Positions 51,918-63,823 of a DNA stretch of 64,000 bases are shown in pieces. Under the pieces are notes generated by a model, which was not told the origin of the DNA, made no database searches, and saw nothing but the letters and a program-made list of their open reading frames with translations. Position 1 is the stretch's first letter, and each line of letters begins with the position of its first letter. Made by a program: the position numbers and the translations under genes. The stretch is taken from NCBI GenBank assembly GCA_027051165.1, contig JALTZZ010000035.1:4870-68869 (forward strand), read 5' to 3'. Source of the stretch: an archaeon (GTDB lineage Archaea; Hydrothermarchaeota; Hydrothermarchaeia; JALTZZ01).

Positions 51918-52744
51918 AATATGGCATTGTAACGGAGAGATTGATATCAATAAAGGACAGAGACTTTTTAGCGGAAATAAGCATGTTTGTTACTGTAGAT
52001 AATAAAGCCGACAGTTTAGATATTGTTTTAAATCAGATCGTAAATTCTATAAAAGCTTCATCTTTTGAAGATTTTTCTGAGGCTCTTATTAATAAAGCTC
52101 ACAATTATGTAAAAAATGCAAAAGAAATAGAGGTTTCTATAAGTGCTGATATTTCATTAAAAAGAAGAACTCCTACTACAAACAGAGAACTTGAAGAAAT
52201 GTATAAGATAATTTCAAAAGCCGTTTTTAAAGATGGAAAAATAAAAAAAATGATTGGTGCAGAAGTGGTTGGCATAACCTCCTGCCCATGTGCACAAGAA
52301 GGGCTAATTGAATATTCGAGGGCAAAACTAAGGGAAAAATTTAGCGAGAGCGAAATTGATTATATAATAGCAAACATTCCAATTGCAAGCCACAATCAGA
52401 GGAATATAACAAGGGTTTTAATAGAGGTTCATGAAGGTGCTGACATAAACGTTGTTGACCTCATAGATACCATAGAAGGTTCTATGAGCTCAAGGATATA
52501 CGAAGTTCTAAAAAGAAGCGACGAGGTAGATGTTGTATTAGAAGCCCATTTAAGACCGAGATTTGTTGAGGATGTCGTAAGAAATGTTCTCATAAAAATC
52601 ATTGAAAAGTATAAAAACCTTCCAGACAACAGCTTGGTAATTGTTAGAAGCGAGAGTTTTGAAAGCATACATAAGCACAACGCCATCGCTGAGAGGGTGG
52701 CAACAATAGGTGAAATTAAGGAAGAGCTCAAAATTAAATTGTAG
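51914..52744 (+). CDS. mptA: GTP cyclohydrolase of the FolE2/MptA family.
   Basis: GITSCPCAQE, SHNQRN and ESFESIHKHNA motifs. Confidence 0.8.
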   Translation: MKYGIVTERLISIKDRDFLAEISMFVTVDNKADSLDIVLNQIVNSIKASSFEDFSEALINKAHNYVKNAKEIEVSISADISLKRRTPTTNRELEEMYKIISKAVFKDGKIKKMIGAEVVGITSCPCAQEGLIEYSRAKLREKFSESEIDYIIANIPIASHNQRNITRVLIEVHEGADINVVDLIDTIEGSMSSRIYEVLKRSDEVDVVLEAHLRPRFVEDVVRNVLIKIIEKYKNLPDNSLVIVRSESFESIHKHNAIAERVATIGEIKEELKIKL

Positions 52745-52798
52745 AAAAAATAAAATTGATGTTCTTGAAAACAAAATTTAAAAAACATTATAAAATAG

Positions 52799-53479
52799 CT
52801 ATCTAACCCTTGCTTTTGCCTTGTGTATTAAGTTAAAAGCTATTTCCCAGAGAAGCCCTCTTAATTCTGGCTGTAGATTCTTATACTCCTCCTTTTCCCC
52901 ATAAATTGCTGGTTGAAGGGGTTCTACAAGAATGTCTGCAGCCCTTGTTGCTCTCTCATAGGCGTCTAACCTTCTGTCCTCGAGAGTTTCCTTAGCCCTC
53001 TTTGCGAGCTCCCTTATAGCAGGTGGAATTTCCTCTATACCCATGTTTTTCAAAATAAGTTTTGTTTTTCTGTCATCAGAGATTAACAAGTTTAAATCGG
53101 CAGTTATCTTCTCAACATCCTCAAGAACTTCCTCCTGCATCTCCTTCCACTCTACGTTCTTCTGTGCATCTCTAAGCCTGTTTATTGCATTTGATATTAT
53201 CAAATTCCTTATTACCGCTGGAACCTCCTCGCTCTCTTTTAATTTCTCAAGAATTTCTATAGCTTTTTTTATCCTTTCCTTTGCAGCTTTTTTTGTGTCT
53301 TTCAATATTTTGGAAGCTTCCTCAACCTTCTTTCTGACATAATCTGGTATGTCGTCGAGCGAGAGATTCATGTTTTTTAAGATTTTTTCCGTTTCTTTAT
53401 CTTTTCCTATAAAAACCCTTATATTATCTGCAACCAAGTTTAGCTCTCTGTTTATCAAGTCTTCTACCAACACCAACAC
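52799..53479 (-). CDS. Helical/coiled-coil hypothetical protein with an internal duplicated ~35-aa motif, downstream of glnK.
   Basis: KETEKILKNMNLSLDDIPDYVRKKVEEASKILKD compared with RKTKLILKNMGIEEIPPAIRELAKRAKETLED. Confidence 0.5.
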   Translation of the reverse strand: MLVLVEDLINRELNLVADNIRVFIGKDKETEKILKNMNLSLDDIPDYVRKKVEEASKILKDTKKAAKERIKKAIEILEKLKESEEVPAVIRNLIISNAINRLRDAQKNVEWKEMQEEVLEDVEKITADLNLLISDDRKTKLILKNMGIEEIPPAIRELAKRAKETLEDRRLDAYERATRAADILVEPLQPAIYGEKEEYKNLQPELRGLLWEIAFNLIHKAKARVR

Positions 53480-53623
53480 CTCCTAAAAATAAATAGTCAT
53501 ACCTATATATTAAAGTTTTACCACATGAAAAATTCAGGGAAAGTGTAGCATCTAAAAATATTCTTTTTTAATCTTAAAACCCTATAGATGTATCGTATAT
53601 ACCATAAAAAATAAAATAAAAAA

Positions 53624-55293
<1,670 letters not shown>

Positions 55294-55432
55294 GTATACT
55301 CACCGTTTTAAAGAAAAATAAAAATTGGTATAAAAATATTTTTGAGAAAAATTAATATTTCTTACTTATTTATGTGAAAAGTGAATAAAGAATATTAAAT
55401 TTTATGAAAGTTTATGAAAATATAAAAAATTA

Positions 55433-58400
55433 TTAGCCGTTGTTCGCAAAGCCTATAAGAGTTGTCTGCTTCTTCTTTGTATAGAAAACGCTTGATATGC
55501 TGTCCTCTATTATTTGAACTCTCTGCCTCAGGTAGTCATCAAGGTTGAACTTCTCTATGAGGTCTTTCGTTAGATTGAGATACTTCTCAACAGCACCTTT
55601 TGATACCGTTAAAACGAGCTTTCCACCGCACTTCGTGCATTTCCCTATTAAAGGCACCCTCCTATACTTTGCATTGCAGTTTACGCATCTCAAGCTCTGC
55701 CTTGAGAAAGCCCTCAGGTTTCCAAGAATATCTGGCAGAAAGTGGCTCTCTATAACCTTGGTTGCTACATCCCTTTCATCAACTGCCCTAATTTTTCTCG
55801 CAAGGTCAAGCTGCAGCTTTAATTTATCGCTCATGCTTTCAAGTATTTTGTATGCTGAAACCGTATTAGCTATATTCACATCGCTTACATCGTGGGTGAA
55901 CTTTATACCGTAGTATTGCTCCTCTTTGCCAAGTCTATCGCTTACGGTTTCTATTTTTACTTCCTTTGGATGTTTGTATTCAAGGGTAGCCTCGTAAAAT
56001 TCAAGCGGATACCTGTCAACAACGTCAACGTTGTGAGCTTCGTCATCAACTTCCTTTGGGTCGAGCCTCGTTGTTATAACCAAGGGTGCATCCATTTTTC
56101 CTCCTCTCGTGCTTGGCAAGAAGTATTTAGAGAAGTTAAGCAGAGCATCCATGAGCAGAAACACGCTGTCTTCATCTCCATCGCAGTTTGATGTAACTAT
56201 ATAATCGTTTATAAGTATGTTGTGATAGCCGTTGGCATTTAGAGAATAAACAAATTCCTCTTGCGATTTAACATACTCTACACATTTAACCCTTAAAAGT
56301 CTGTGGTCTAAATATTTTTTCTGTGGTTTCACTGTCATTCTTTTTACAACTTCCTTCAAATATTTCTGTTTTCTTTCAGACAAGAAGGATATTTGTTCTT
56401 TAAACAATTCAACGTTTTCTCCTCTTATAACAAGCTTATGCTCACTACGGTTTCTTCTATTAATCCTATATATGCTGGAGAATATTCCAAACCTTAGAAG
56501 TAGGAGTTCTATATCTCTTATAAGGTCTTCATTGCAAGAAGTGCAAACAACCGTTTTTCCTTTTTTGTCTACGCTACCATCTCCGCTGAAGTATGCACTT
56601 AGAAGCCATCTAATTTTCTTTCTTGGAAGATTGAATATAAACTCTGGAAGTCTCTTTTCTCTTGCATTTCCACCAATTTTAAGTATATCTTTAAACAAAT
56701 GATATATCACTCTGTTCGAAACTGTAATCCTGCTTTCGTTTACATAGGGCTTAAATCCATCTCCAAAAACTCTTCTCAAAGAATTAATAATGTCTTGCCT
56801 TAAGTCCTCTTCACTAACAGCAAAATCAACCTGATACGTGTCGCTATCCATTCTGTAACAGCCTTCAGCAAGGAAGTATCCCAAAAGCTTCATAAAATCT
56901 TCATCTACTCTAATCCTTCTCTTTATATACGTATGATCCCTCTTAAATCCAATATAGCAATCGGGAACATCTTCTATGCAAAACTCGTTTATTTCAAGCA
57001 GTTTTAGAAGAGTGCTGAGTGATACAGAATCCCTATCGCCATAATAGTTATGTAGTGTTTTCTTATTAATTCCTAAAATATCTGCAGTTTCTTTCAATCC
57101 TCTTCTTTCCACAAGCTTTTTGACGAAGTCCTTTATTCCTCTCACCATTATTTCAGTCCATATATTCTTAAATTCCTCCCTTGAAAATTCCTTAAGCAGG
57201 TCGATTTCTATGATATCCCTCTCTTCAAAATCTATCTTTGGCTGGAGAATTAAATCTCCCTTTTTAATCTCAAAAGCTCTTTTCTTCTTAAATTTTCCAT
57301 CCTCATAAACTATTACCATGTGATCTGGAGTTGTTTCAAAACTCTTTCCAGTTTCAAGATTTATCCTAACGAGATGATCCGTTGATGGAGCTTTTATGAT
57401 TTCTTTAACATCTGTTAAAATAATTTTTCCAGTATTGTTATCAAAGGAATACACTTTTATTTCTTTTTTTGGTTTTTTCTTAATATAAACCATTTTTTCA
57501 TAGTTTTCTCCATCGTAAAGCTCTTCATAAAGCCTTTTTAGCGTTATTCTCATAGGCTTTCCATCAACATTCACGAGAACCTCAGTATCAGCTGGGAAGC
57601 AGTTTCTTCTTTTTGCGGCATGCCAGTAAGGGTGAGCAAAGCAGGCATCGGCTTTTGTATATCCTATTATTCTTCCCAAGATTGCCGCAGATGTATGAGG
57701 TGCTAAGCCTAAGATGAGGTGTCCTATCAGGTCTTCTTTTTTCTTTGCGTTGTAAAATGGTTCTAAACCGTATAGTTTTACAAGAAGCTCATCTATGAAG
57801 TTTGCCACCCTAAGAAGATATTCCATAGCTTTTTCTGGGAGAACAACGTCCTGAACCTTTAGTTCTACTATCTGCTCATCGCTGACAAGCTCTTTTCCCA
57901 AGTAATCTTTGTCATATCCAAGCTCTTTAAGCTTCTCAACGCTCACATGTATTTCCTTTGGCTTGAAGTGTGTCATAGGCACGTCGGTAGCATCGAATCT
58001 TGTTGTTCCGTCTTTAAATACATAAACCCTATGCTTAGATCTAAGAATGCCCTTTTCGAGAGGTTCTGGTATCTTATAGGCTGATGTCATTCCTATTACG
58101 CCTTTTAAATCGTTTGGAGTATTTCCAACTTTAGCTAAGGCTTTAGAAAGTATTTCCTTAAGATTTATATATCTCTTCGTGTAGAAGGCAAGCAAACCGC
58201 CACAATACTTGCACCTTTCCTCGTTGTTGCCGTTGCCTACAACTCTGCCGCACTTTAAGCATACTCTCCTTATTTCGGTGCTACCACCGCATCTCTCGCA
58301 TATCGTTAAATGGGTTATGTTTCCACAGCTTTTGCATACTCTATATGCAATATCAACCTCTATTTTAATATTTTGGGAAGCTTTTTTAATATCCCTCGCT

Positions 58401-60223
58401 CTTCCACCGTAGTTCCCTATTGGAAAGAGAACATTTACAGCTGGTTGCATCTTTCTTTCCTTCGCCTTCTCAGGTCTTCCCATCCTTGCTCCTATGTATG
58501 TTAAAGCCTTTGGTCTTATTTTTATAAAGCTGTTTACAAGTTCAAGAGAATCCTTAGCCTTTTTATAAGCTGATTCAAAAGCATCTATGCCCTTATCTAA
58601 GCCGAGAGCTTTGAAGAGAGATTTATAGTTCTTAATTACTACTTTTCCATCCCTAATTACATGCTCAACAAGGAGTTCTTCAAGAACATGCTTGCCCTCA
58701 TCGGAATATTCTAAAACTAAACCGTTTTCGCTTTTTTCTCCCTTTATAAGCCAATAAGCAAGCTTCTTTAGATCGCCTTTGCTTACCTCGTTGTAATGGT
58801 ATGTGTATCTCGGATGCATGGGAATTTTCAGCTTCTCTGCAATTTCTATAGCTTCATCTTCGCTTGGAACTATTTTTATATCTAAAAATTTTTTATACCT
58901 TTCTTTTAGGTTTTCATCTGCATTTTCAAGGGCTTTCTCAAGCTCCTGAACCCACCATTCTTCAACATAACCGCTTGGCATTAAAACATGATTATTTTCA
59001 AGAAATTCTCCGTAAGCGATTAGAATATCTCCCAAAAACAGTATTTTATCTATATCCTTTTTTATCTTCTTTGCAATCTCTAAGCTGTCTACTCTAATGA
59101 CATCACCGTTTTTAAGTCTAACAACCGGCGGCTCTATTGTGTCGCAAGGTGTTATAGCAGTGCCTTTACCGGGTCTCTCCGTTTTAAGCTGCGTTCCTAT
59201 AGCTATAAAGTTTTCAAGTATTAGCATAGTAACTGGGTGCAAGCAGGTGCTTGCAAAACCACTAACTCTGCATCTTCCATATCTAAGCCTAAAGCCCCCC
59301 TTTCTTGAAGGATGGGAGAGAACGGGTCTTCCAGCAACAATATCTTTCAAATACTTTTCGTTTGGTTTTATTTTTACCTCTTCTTCTCCTTCCTCTTCAC
59401 CTTTTTCATCTTTTTTAAGCTCATAAAGCCATTCCCATCCTTTTATGTTCAGCCTTTCAACGAATTTCAATATCTTAGGAACCTTCTGCAGAACACCTTC
59501 GGCAAGAACTAATATAGCTCCACCTCTAACCTTGTTTGTCTCTATCCTCTCTAAATCTCTATATCCGCTAACCTCGACGTTGTCCGTTGCCTCGCCGGTT
59601 ATTTCTACCGGTATATTCTTTATTGCAAATCTTATTTCATCTGCAGAAGGGAAATACTGGAGCCTTGCAACTTCGCTGTTGTATAGCTCAACCTCTTCAA
59701 CAAACCTCTCTATTTCCTCTTCTGTAGGCTTGTATCTATCTAAGCCCATGTTCTGCCTTATATAGTCAGCGGTAAGCACGGCTAAAGCTTGGGCAGAGCC
59801 ACCAGCAGAGCGTATAGGTCCAGCAAAATAAACAGCAAGATACTTTGTTTTATCAAAGTTTTCCTTTATTTTTACCTTAACTATACCTTCAAGAGGTGCA
59901 GCAACAATACCTTCTGTAAGTATTGCTAAAGCTGTTCTTAGTGCTTGTTCTGCACCTTTTTCGCTTTTATCTTTTTCAACAATTTCTTTTGCAACCTTTA
60001 GAGCAACCTCCTCCTTATCAAGCTCCTTTGAAAGCTCTCTGATTCTATTAGCAATACCCTTAGGACCGACTAAACCTTCTACACGCTCAGCCATGTCTTT
60101 AGCAAGAGGTATCTCAACACTCAAGCATGGATCAAAACCTTTTTTTCTTGCTTGCTCTGCAATTTCATAAGCCTTCGATAGATACTTTTCAAGGCTCCTG
60201 AAATACTCCTCCATATTTTCCAT
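55433..60223 (-). CDS. DNA polymerase II (PolD) large subunit DP2, interrupted by a 472-aa intein.
   Basis: N-terminus MEEYF...KAYEIA..ARKKGFDP and Zn fingers. The catalytic motif HPYWHAAKRRN|intein|CDGDEDS is split by the intein. Start is placed at MENMEEYF. The mature extein is ~1125 aa. Confidence 0.9.
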   Translation of the reverse strand: MENMEEYFRSLEKYLSKAYEIAEQARKKGFDPCLSVEIPLAKDMAERVEGLVGPKGIANRIRELSKELDKEEVALKVAKEIVEKDKSEKGAEQALRTALAILTEGIVAAPLEGIVKVKIKENFDKTKYLAVYFAGPIRSAGGSAQALAVLTADYIRQNMGLDRYKPTEEEIERFVEEVELYNSEVARLQYFPSADEIRFAIKNIPVEITGEATDNVEVSGYRDLERIETNKVRGGAILVLAEGVLQKVPKILKFVERLNIKGWEWLYELKKDEKGEEEGEEEVKIKPNEKYLKDIVAGRPVLSHPSRKGGFRLRYGRCRVSGFASTCLHPVTMLILENFIAIGTQLKTERPGKGTAITPCDTIEPPVVRLKNGDVIRVDSLEIAKKIKKDIDKILFLGDILIAYGEFLENNHVLMPSGYVEEWWVQELEKALENADENLKERYKKFLDIKIVPSEDEAIEIAEKLKIPMHPRYTYHYNEVSKGDLKKLAYWLIKGEKSENGLVLEYSDEGKHVLEELLVEHVIRDGKVVIKNYKSLFKALGLDKGIDAFESAYKKAKDSLELVNSFIKIRPKALTYIGARMGRPEKAKERKMQPAVNVLFPIGNYGGRARDIKKASQNIKIEVDIAYRVCKSCGNITHLTICERCGGSTEIRRVCLKCGRVVGNGNNEERCKYCGGLLAFYTKRYINLKEILSKALAKVGNTPNDLKGVIGMTSAYKIPEPLEKGILRSKHRVYVFKDGTTRFDATDVPMTHFKPKEIHVSVEKLKELGYDKDYLGKELVSDEQIVELKVQDVVLPEKAMEYLLRVANFIDELLVKLYGLEPFYNAKKKEDLIGHLILGLAPHTSAAILGRIIGYTKADACFAHPYWHAAKRRNCFPADTEVLVNVDGKPMRITLKRLYEELYDGENYEKMVYIKKKPKKEIKVYSFDNNTGKIILTDVKEIIKAPSTDHLVRINLETGKSFETTPDHMVIVYEDGKFKKKRAFEIKKGDLILQPKIDFEERDIIEIDLLKEFSREEFKNIWTEIMVRGIKDFVKKLVERRGLKETADILGINKKTLHNYYGDRDSVSLSTLLKLLEINEFCIEDVPDCYIGFKRDHTYIKRRIRVDEDFMKLLGYFLAEGCYRMDSDTYQVDFAVSEEDLRQDIINSLRRVFGDGFKPYVNESRITVSNRVIYHLFKDILKIGGNAREKRLPEFIFNLPRKKIRWLLSAYFSGDGSVDKKGKTVVCTSCNEDLIRDIELLLLRFGIFSSIYRINRRNRSEHKLVIRGENVELFKEQISFLSERKQKYLKEVVKRMTVKPQKKYLDHRLLRVKCVEYVKSQEEFVYSLNANGYHNILINDYIVTSNCDGDEDSVFLLMDALLNFSKYFLPSTRGGKMDAPLVITTRLDPKEVDDEAHNVDVVDRYPLEFYEATLEYKHPKEVKIETVSDRLGKEEQYYGIKFTHDVSDVNIANTVSAYKILESMSDKLKLQLDLARKIRAVDERDVATKVIESHFLPDILGNLRAFSRQSLRCVNCNAKYRRVPLIGKCTKCGGKLVLTVSKGAVEKYLNLTKDLIEKFNLDDYLRQRVQIIEDSISSVFYTKKKQTTLIGFANNG
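56186..57601 (-). mobile_element. Intein (LAGLIDADG homing endonuclease) in PolD DP2, residues 882-1353 of the ORF-track translation.
   Basis: Begins CFPADTEVLV after AAKRRN and ends NDYIVTSN before CDGDED. LAGLIDADG blocks are LLGYFLAEGCY and LLSAYFSGDGSV. Codon positions were verified on the DNA. Confidence 0.85.
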
Positions 60224-60495
60224 AAAACATAACTCTGCAGTCAAGTATTAAATCTTTATCCTTCCAAGTGCACGTGCGTGAGAAGACTATGGTTAAAGGT
60301 GTTGACACAACAATGAACATAATGGTATGTCTGCTCAATTTGTTACCGATATTTGGCTACCCTATGAAAACGCTTATCTTATCGGTGCTTGTAAGACCCC
60401 TTTCATGAAGTTTAAACTTCTTTAAATAGCTGCTCGAAGCTTTTGAAAACCTACGCATGCAAGCCACAACAGTTTTATAGGCTGGTTATAAATTA

Positions 60496-61464
60496 TTGAT
60501 TATGGAGGAGTATGCACTCGAGGTTGTAAGAGAATTCCTTTTAAAAAATAAAAAAGATATTGATAATATATGTAAGGAGGTTGAAAGGTTCTGCAGAATA
60601 GATGTTGACAAATTCCTCCTTCAATACGTTTTACAGCTCAATCTCAACAACTTAGACAACCTCTGTGAAGGTTGTAGCTTCTGCTGTAGAGTTCCAGACG
60701 TTGTATTAACAAGGTATGATATAGAAAGAATGTCGAGATACTTAAACATTGATAAAGAAGCCTTCATGAATAAATTTTGTATAAAAACTGATAGGTGGGT
60801 TAAATTAAAGAAGAAAAATAAAAAATGTCCTTTCCTTGAAAACGACAGATGCAAAATATATGAAGTTAGACCAACTGCATGCGTTTTCTTTCCGTTTCTT
60901 ATTGAGTCTGATGAGGAGGTTTATCTTCCAGAAGAATGTAAATCTGGTAATATATTGGCTAAAAAACTATATATGCATATAATAACTGAAATTTTAAGAA
61001 GATTTCTTATAAAAAATGAAGAGCTGAATGAAAAAGTTCTTAAACTCCTTCCTTTCGATGAAAGAATAGTTGTTCTGAAGCACATGTTTCAAACGTTTAT
61101 GAACAGTCTCCCAGACCTCTGCAGCGGCTGCTCAAAGTGCTGTGAAGCTCTCAGAATAGAGCTAACAATTTTTGATATCTACAGAATATCAAGCAAGCTT
61201 GGCGTTGAGCCAAAAGTATTCTTAGAGAAGTTCTGCGAAAAGATTGAGGGCTCCTACAACTGCTTCGTCTTAAAGAAAAAAGATAATAAATGTATATTTT
61301 TGAAAAACAAGAGATGCAGAATATACAGCAGCAGACCAGCGGTCTGCGTTATGTATCCTTTTATGGTAATAGAACAGCTTAAAAAATTTGACATAGAACT
61401 TCCAGAATACTGTATATATGGAAGAAAGGTTTTTGAAACAATTGGAATGTTTTTATCTCAATGA
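60496..61464 (+). CDS. Protein with two tandem YkgJ/UPF0153-type Cys-rich (putative Zn/Fe-binding, CxxCxxCC) domains.
   Basis: CEGCSFCC...CPFLENDRCKIYEVRPTAC repeated as CSGCSKCC...CIFLKNKRCRIYSSRPAVC. Confidence 0.65.
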   Translation: MIMEEYALEVVREFLLKNKKDIDNICKEVERFCRIDVDKFLLQYVLQLNLNNLDNLCEGCSFCCRVPDVVLTRYDIERMSRYLNIDKEAFMNKFCIKTDRWVKLKKKNKKCPFLENDRCKIYEVRPTACVFFPFLIESDEEVYLPEECKSGNILAKKLYMHIITEILRRFLIKNEELNEKVLKLLPFDERIVVLKHMFQTFMNSLPDLCSGCSKCCEALRIELTIFDIYRISSKLGVEPKVFLEKFCEKIEGSYNCFVLKKKDNKCIFLKNKRCRIYSSRPAVCVMYPFMVIEQLKKFDIELPEYCIYGRKVFETIGMFLSQ

Positions 61465-62273
61465 TGCACATAGGAGTATCATCTCCAGCTGTTAAAGAAT
61501 TCGATAAGAGTGGTGTTCTCAAAGCTAATGAAGTAGAGCTTATAGAGGTTGCACTCGACAAAATAAGCTTAGATAAAGATATTGCAGAGGTCTGTTTAGA
61601 ATTAAAAGATAAATATGGAACAGTATTCACGGCACACGCCCCATACCATACTTCTCTTGTTGAAAAGCAGAGGATAAACCTTGCATACGTAAGCGAGAAG
61701 AATTTTAAGATCATGAAGAAGGTTTTCGAAACATGTAGCAGAATTGGTGCTAAATACGTCGTAACACACGGAGGAGCACTTGAAAGAGAATACGAATATT
61801 TATACGAGAAAGGAATAAGAAATTTGATAAGAAATTTAAAAAGGCTCTGTAAAGAGGCTGAAAAATATGAAATCTTCCTTGTTTTAGAAAACACACATTC
61901 AGATCAAAATTATAGAAAACTTGCAGAAACACCAAGAGAAATAAAATACATTGTCGAGACTGTGGCAAGTGAAAATTTAGTGATAAATATTGACTTCGGA
62001 CATGCAAACATATCATCGAGAACATACAATTTCAATTTTATTGATTATTTTAATCTATTATCCGATAAAATAGTATATATGCATCTCCACAACAACAATG
62101 GCAAAGAGGATATGCACTATCCTCTATTTTCTGGAAGCATTGACTATAAAGCAGTTCTACCAAGGATTGTTAAAAAACTTAAAAATTTAAGGAACATTGT
62201 TCTTGAGGTTAAATACGGTGGTAGAGAAGGAATCGTTAAGAGCATCGAAGTTATAAGGGGAACTTTACTTTAA
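61461..62273 (+). CDS. Xylose-isomerase-like TIM-barrel (sugar-phosphate isomerase/epimerase, AP endonuclease 2 family) protein.
   Basis: The HAPY, VTHGG, LENT and DFGHAN pattern of metal-binding TIM barrels. ATGA overlap with the upstream gene. Confidence 0.7.
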   Translation: MMHIGVSSPAVKEFDKSGVLKANEVELIEVALDKISLDKDIAEVCLELKDKYGTVFTAHAPYHTSLVEKQRINLAYVSEKNFKIMKKVFETCSRIGAKYVVTHGGALEREYEYLYEKGIRNLIRNLKRLCKEAEKYEIFLVLENTHSDQNYRKLAETPREIKYIVETVASENLVINIDFGHANISSRTYNFNFIDYFNLLSDKIVYMHLHNNNGKEDMHYPLFSGSIDYKAVLPRIVKKLKNLRNIVLEVKYGGREGIVKSIEVIRGTLL

Positions 62274-62499
62274 AAATATCTCTCCCCTATAGCCGGACTT
62301 CTTAACCTTTTTTATATATTCAAGCTCCTCATAAAATTCTACAGTTTCCTTAGCCTTTTTTATTTTTTCTTTTGCAGTTTTTAAAAGCATGCTAACCCTT
62401 GCCTGAGAGACTCCCAAAATTTTTGAAATTTCATCCTGCTTATACCCAAGGGCTTCAAGTTTTAGAGCCTTTGCCTGTTTCTCTGTAAGTATGCCCACC
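62265..62499 (-). CDS. Tfx-like HTH DNA-binding protein (sigma-70 region-4-like).
   Basis: LTEKQAKALKLEALGYKQDEISKILGVSQARVSMLL. Start is placed at MVGILTEK. Confidence 0.6.
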
Positions 62500-62539
62500 A
62501 TTAAAAATGATTCAAAATGTAACAATTAAAAATAAATGT

Positions 62540-63823
62540 ATGGTTGCTGAAATTGAAATAAAGGAGCTCGATGAAAAAGGTCGTGGAATAGGTGAATATA
62601 AAGGCAAAAAGGTGTATGTCTATTTCGCTCTGCCCGGTGATGTTGTAAAAGTTAAAATTGTTGGTAGAAGAAAAAATTTCTTGAAGGGCAAGCTTCTTGA
62701 TATAGTTTCTGAATCCCATCTTAGAACAAAACCTTTGTGCAAACATTTTGGAAAATGCGGTGGATGCAAGCTGCAAAACATGAAGTATGAGCATCAGCTT
62801 AAGTTTAAAGCAAAGATAGTTGAATCTTCTTTTGGGCTTGATGAGGTGTCTATTATTAAGAGCAAAGATGTGTTCTTCTACAGAAATAGAATGGATTACA
62901 TAACTTATAAACAAAAAATCGGCTTAAGAGAGCCGGAGAAGTTCTATGCGGTTGTTGATATTGAAAAGTGCTACCTCCTCTCAGAGTTTGCAAACGAAGT
63001 TATAAGAATATTTAAAGATTTCATAAAAGAATATAATATTTCTACTTACGATTTAATAAAAAAAGTTGGATTTCTAAGATATTTAATAATAAGACATGCA
63101 AAGAATACTGACGAGAAAATGATAAACATTCTTACTTCAGAGGGAGAGTTTTCGCATATAGAAAAAATAGCCGAAATTTTTGATGCTGAAAGCATTATAT
63201 GGAGCACAACAGAAAGTATTGCTGATGTCTCTTACGGAGAGCCAAAAATGATTATTAAGGGAAGAGATTTCATATTTGAAAAAATTCTTAATAAAAAGTT
63301 TAAAATTGGTCCTTTTTCATTCTTCCAAACAAACACAAAGCAAGCAGAGGTTCTCTTCAGAAAGGTTATAGAACTCGCAGATTTAAGCGGCAGAGAAACT
63401 GTTGTAGATTTATACTGTGGAAGCGGCGTTATTGGGATTCTTTTATCTGAATATGCTAAAAAAGTTGTTGGTGTTGAGGTCAACGAGGAGGCGATAAAGC
63501 TCGCAACGGAAAATGCTAAGGATTTAGACAACATATCTTTTATAAAGGCGAGAGTAGAGGATGCCGTGAAAAATAAAATCGTGCAAGATGCTGACGTTGT
63601 TGTAGTCGATCCTCCGAGAGCAGGTTTGCATAAAAGTGTTGTAAAAGCATTGCTTAATATCGCACCAAAGAAGATAATATACGTTTCGTGCAATCCATCA
63701 ACTCAGGCAAGGGACTACAATCTTCTTAAGAAGGAATATGACCTCGAATATATAACCGCAGTTGATATGTTTCCGCACACACCACATGTTGAGACGGTTG
63801 CTCTTCTTACAAAAAGAAGATAA
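62540..63823 (+). CDS. TRAM-domain RNA (uracil-5)-methyltransferase of the RumA/TrmA family.
   Basis: TRAM domain N-terminus, Cys cluster CKHFGKCGGCKLQ, SAM motif DLYCGSGVIG and VVVDPPRAGL. Start is placed at MVAEIEI. Confidence 0.85.
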   Translation: MVAEIEIKELDEKGRGIGEYKGKKVYVYFALPGDVVKVKIVGRRKNFLKGKLLDIVSESHLRTKPLCKHFGKCGGCKLQNMKYEHQLKFKAKIVESSFGLDEVSIIKSKDVFFYRNRMDYITYKQKIGLREPEKFYAVVDIEKCYLLSEFANEVIRIFKDFIKEYNISTYDLIKKVGFLRYLIIRHAKNTDEKMINILTSEGEFSHIEKIAEIFDAESIIWSTTESIADVSYGEPKMIIKGRDFIFEKILNKKFKIGPFSFFQTNTKQAEVLFRKVIELADLSGRETVVDLYCGSGVIGILLSEYAKKVVGVEVNEEAIKLATENAKDLDNISFIKARVEDAVKNKIVQDADVVVVDPPRAGLHKSVVKALLNIAPKKIIYVSCNPSTQARDYNLLKKEYDLEYITAVDMFPHTPHVETVALLTKRR

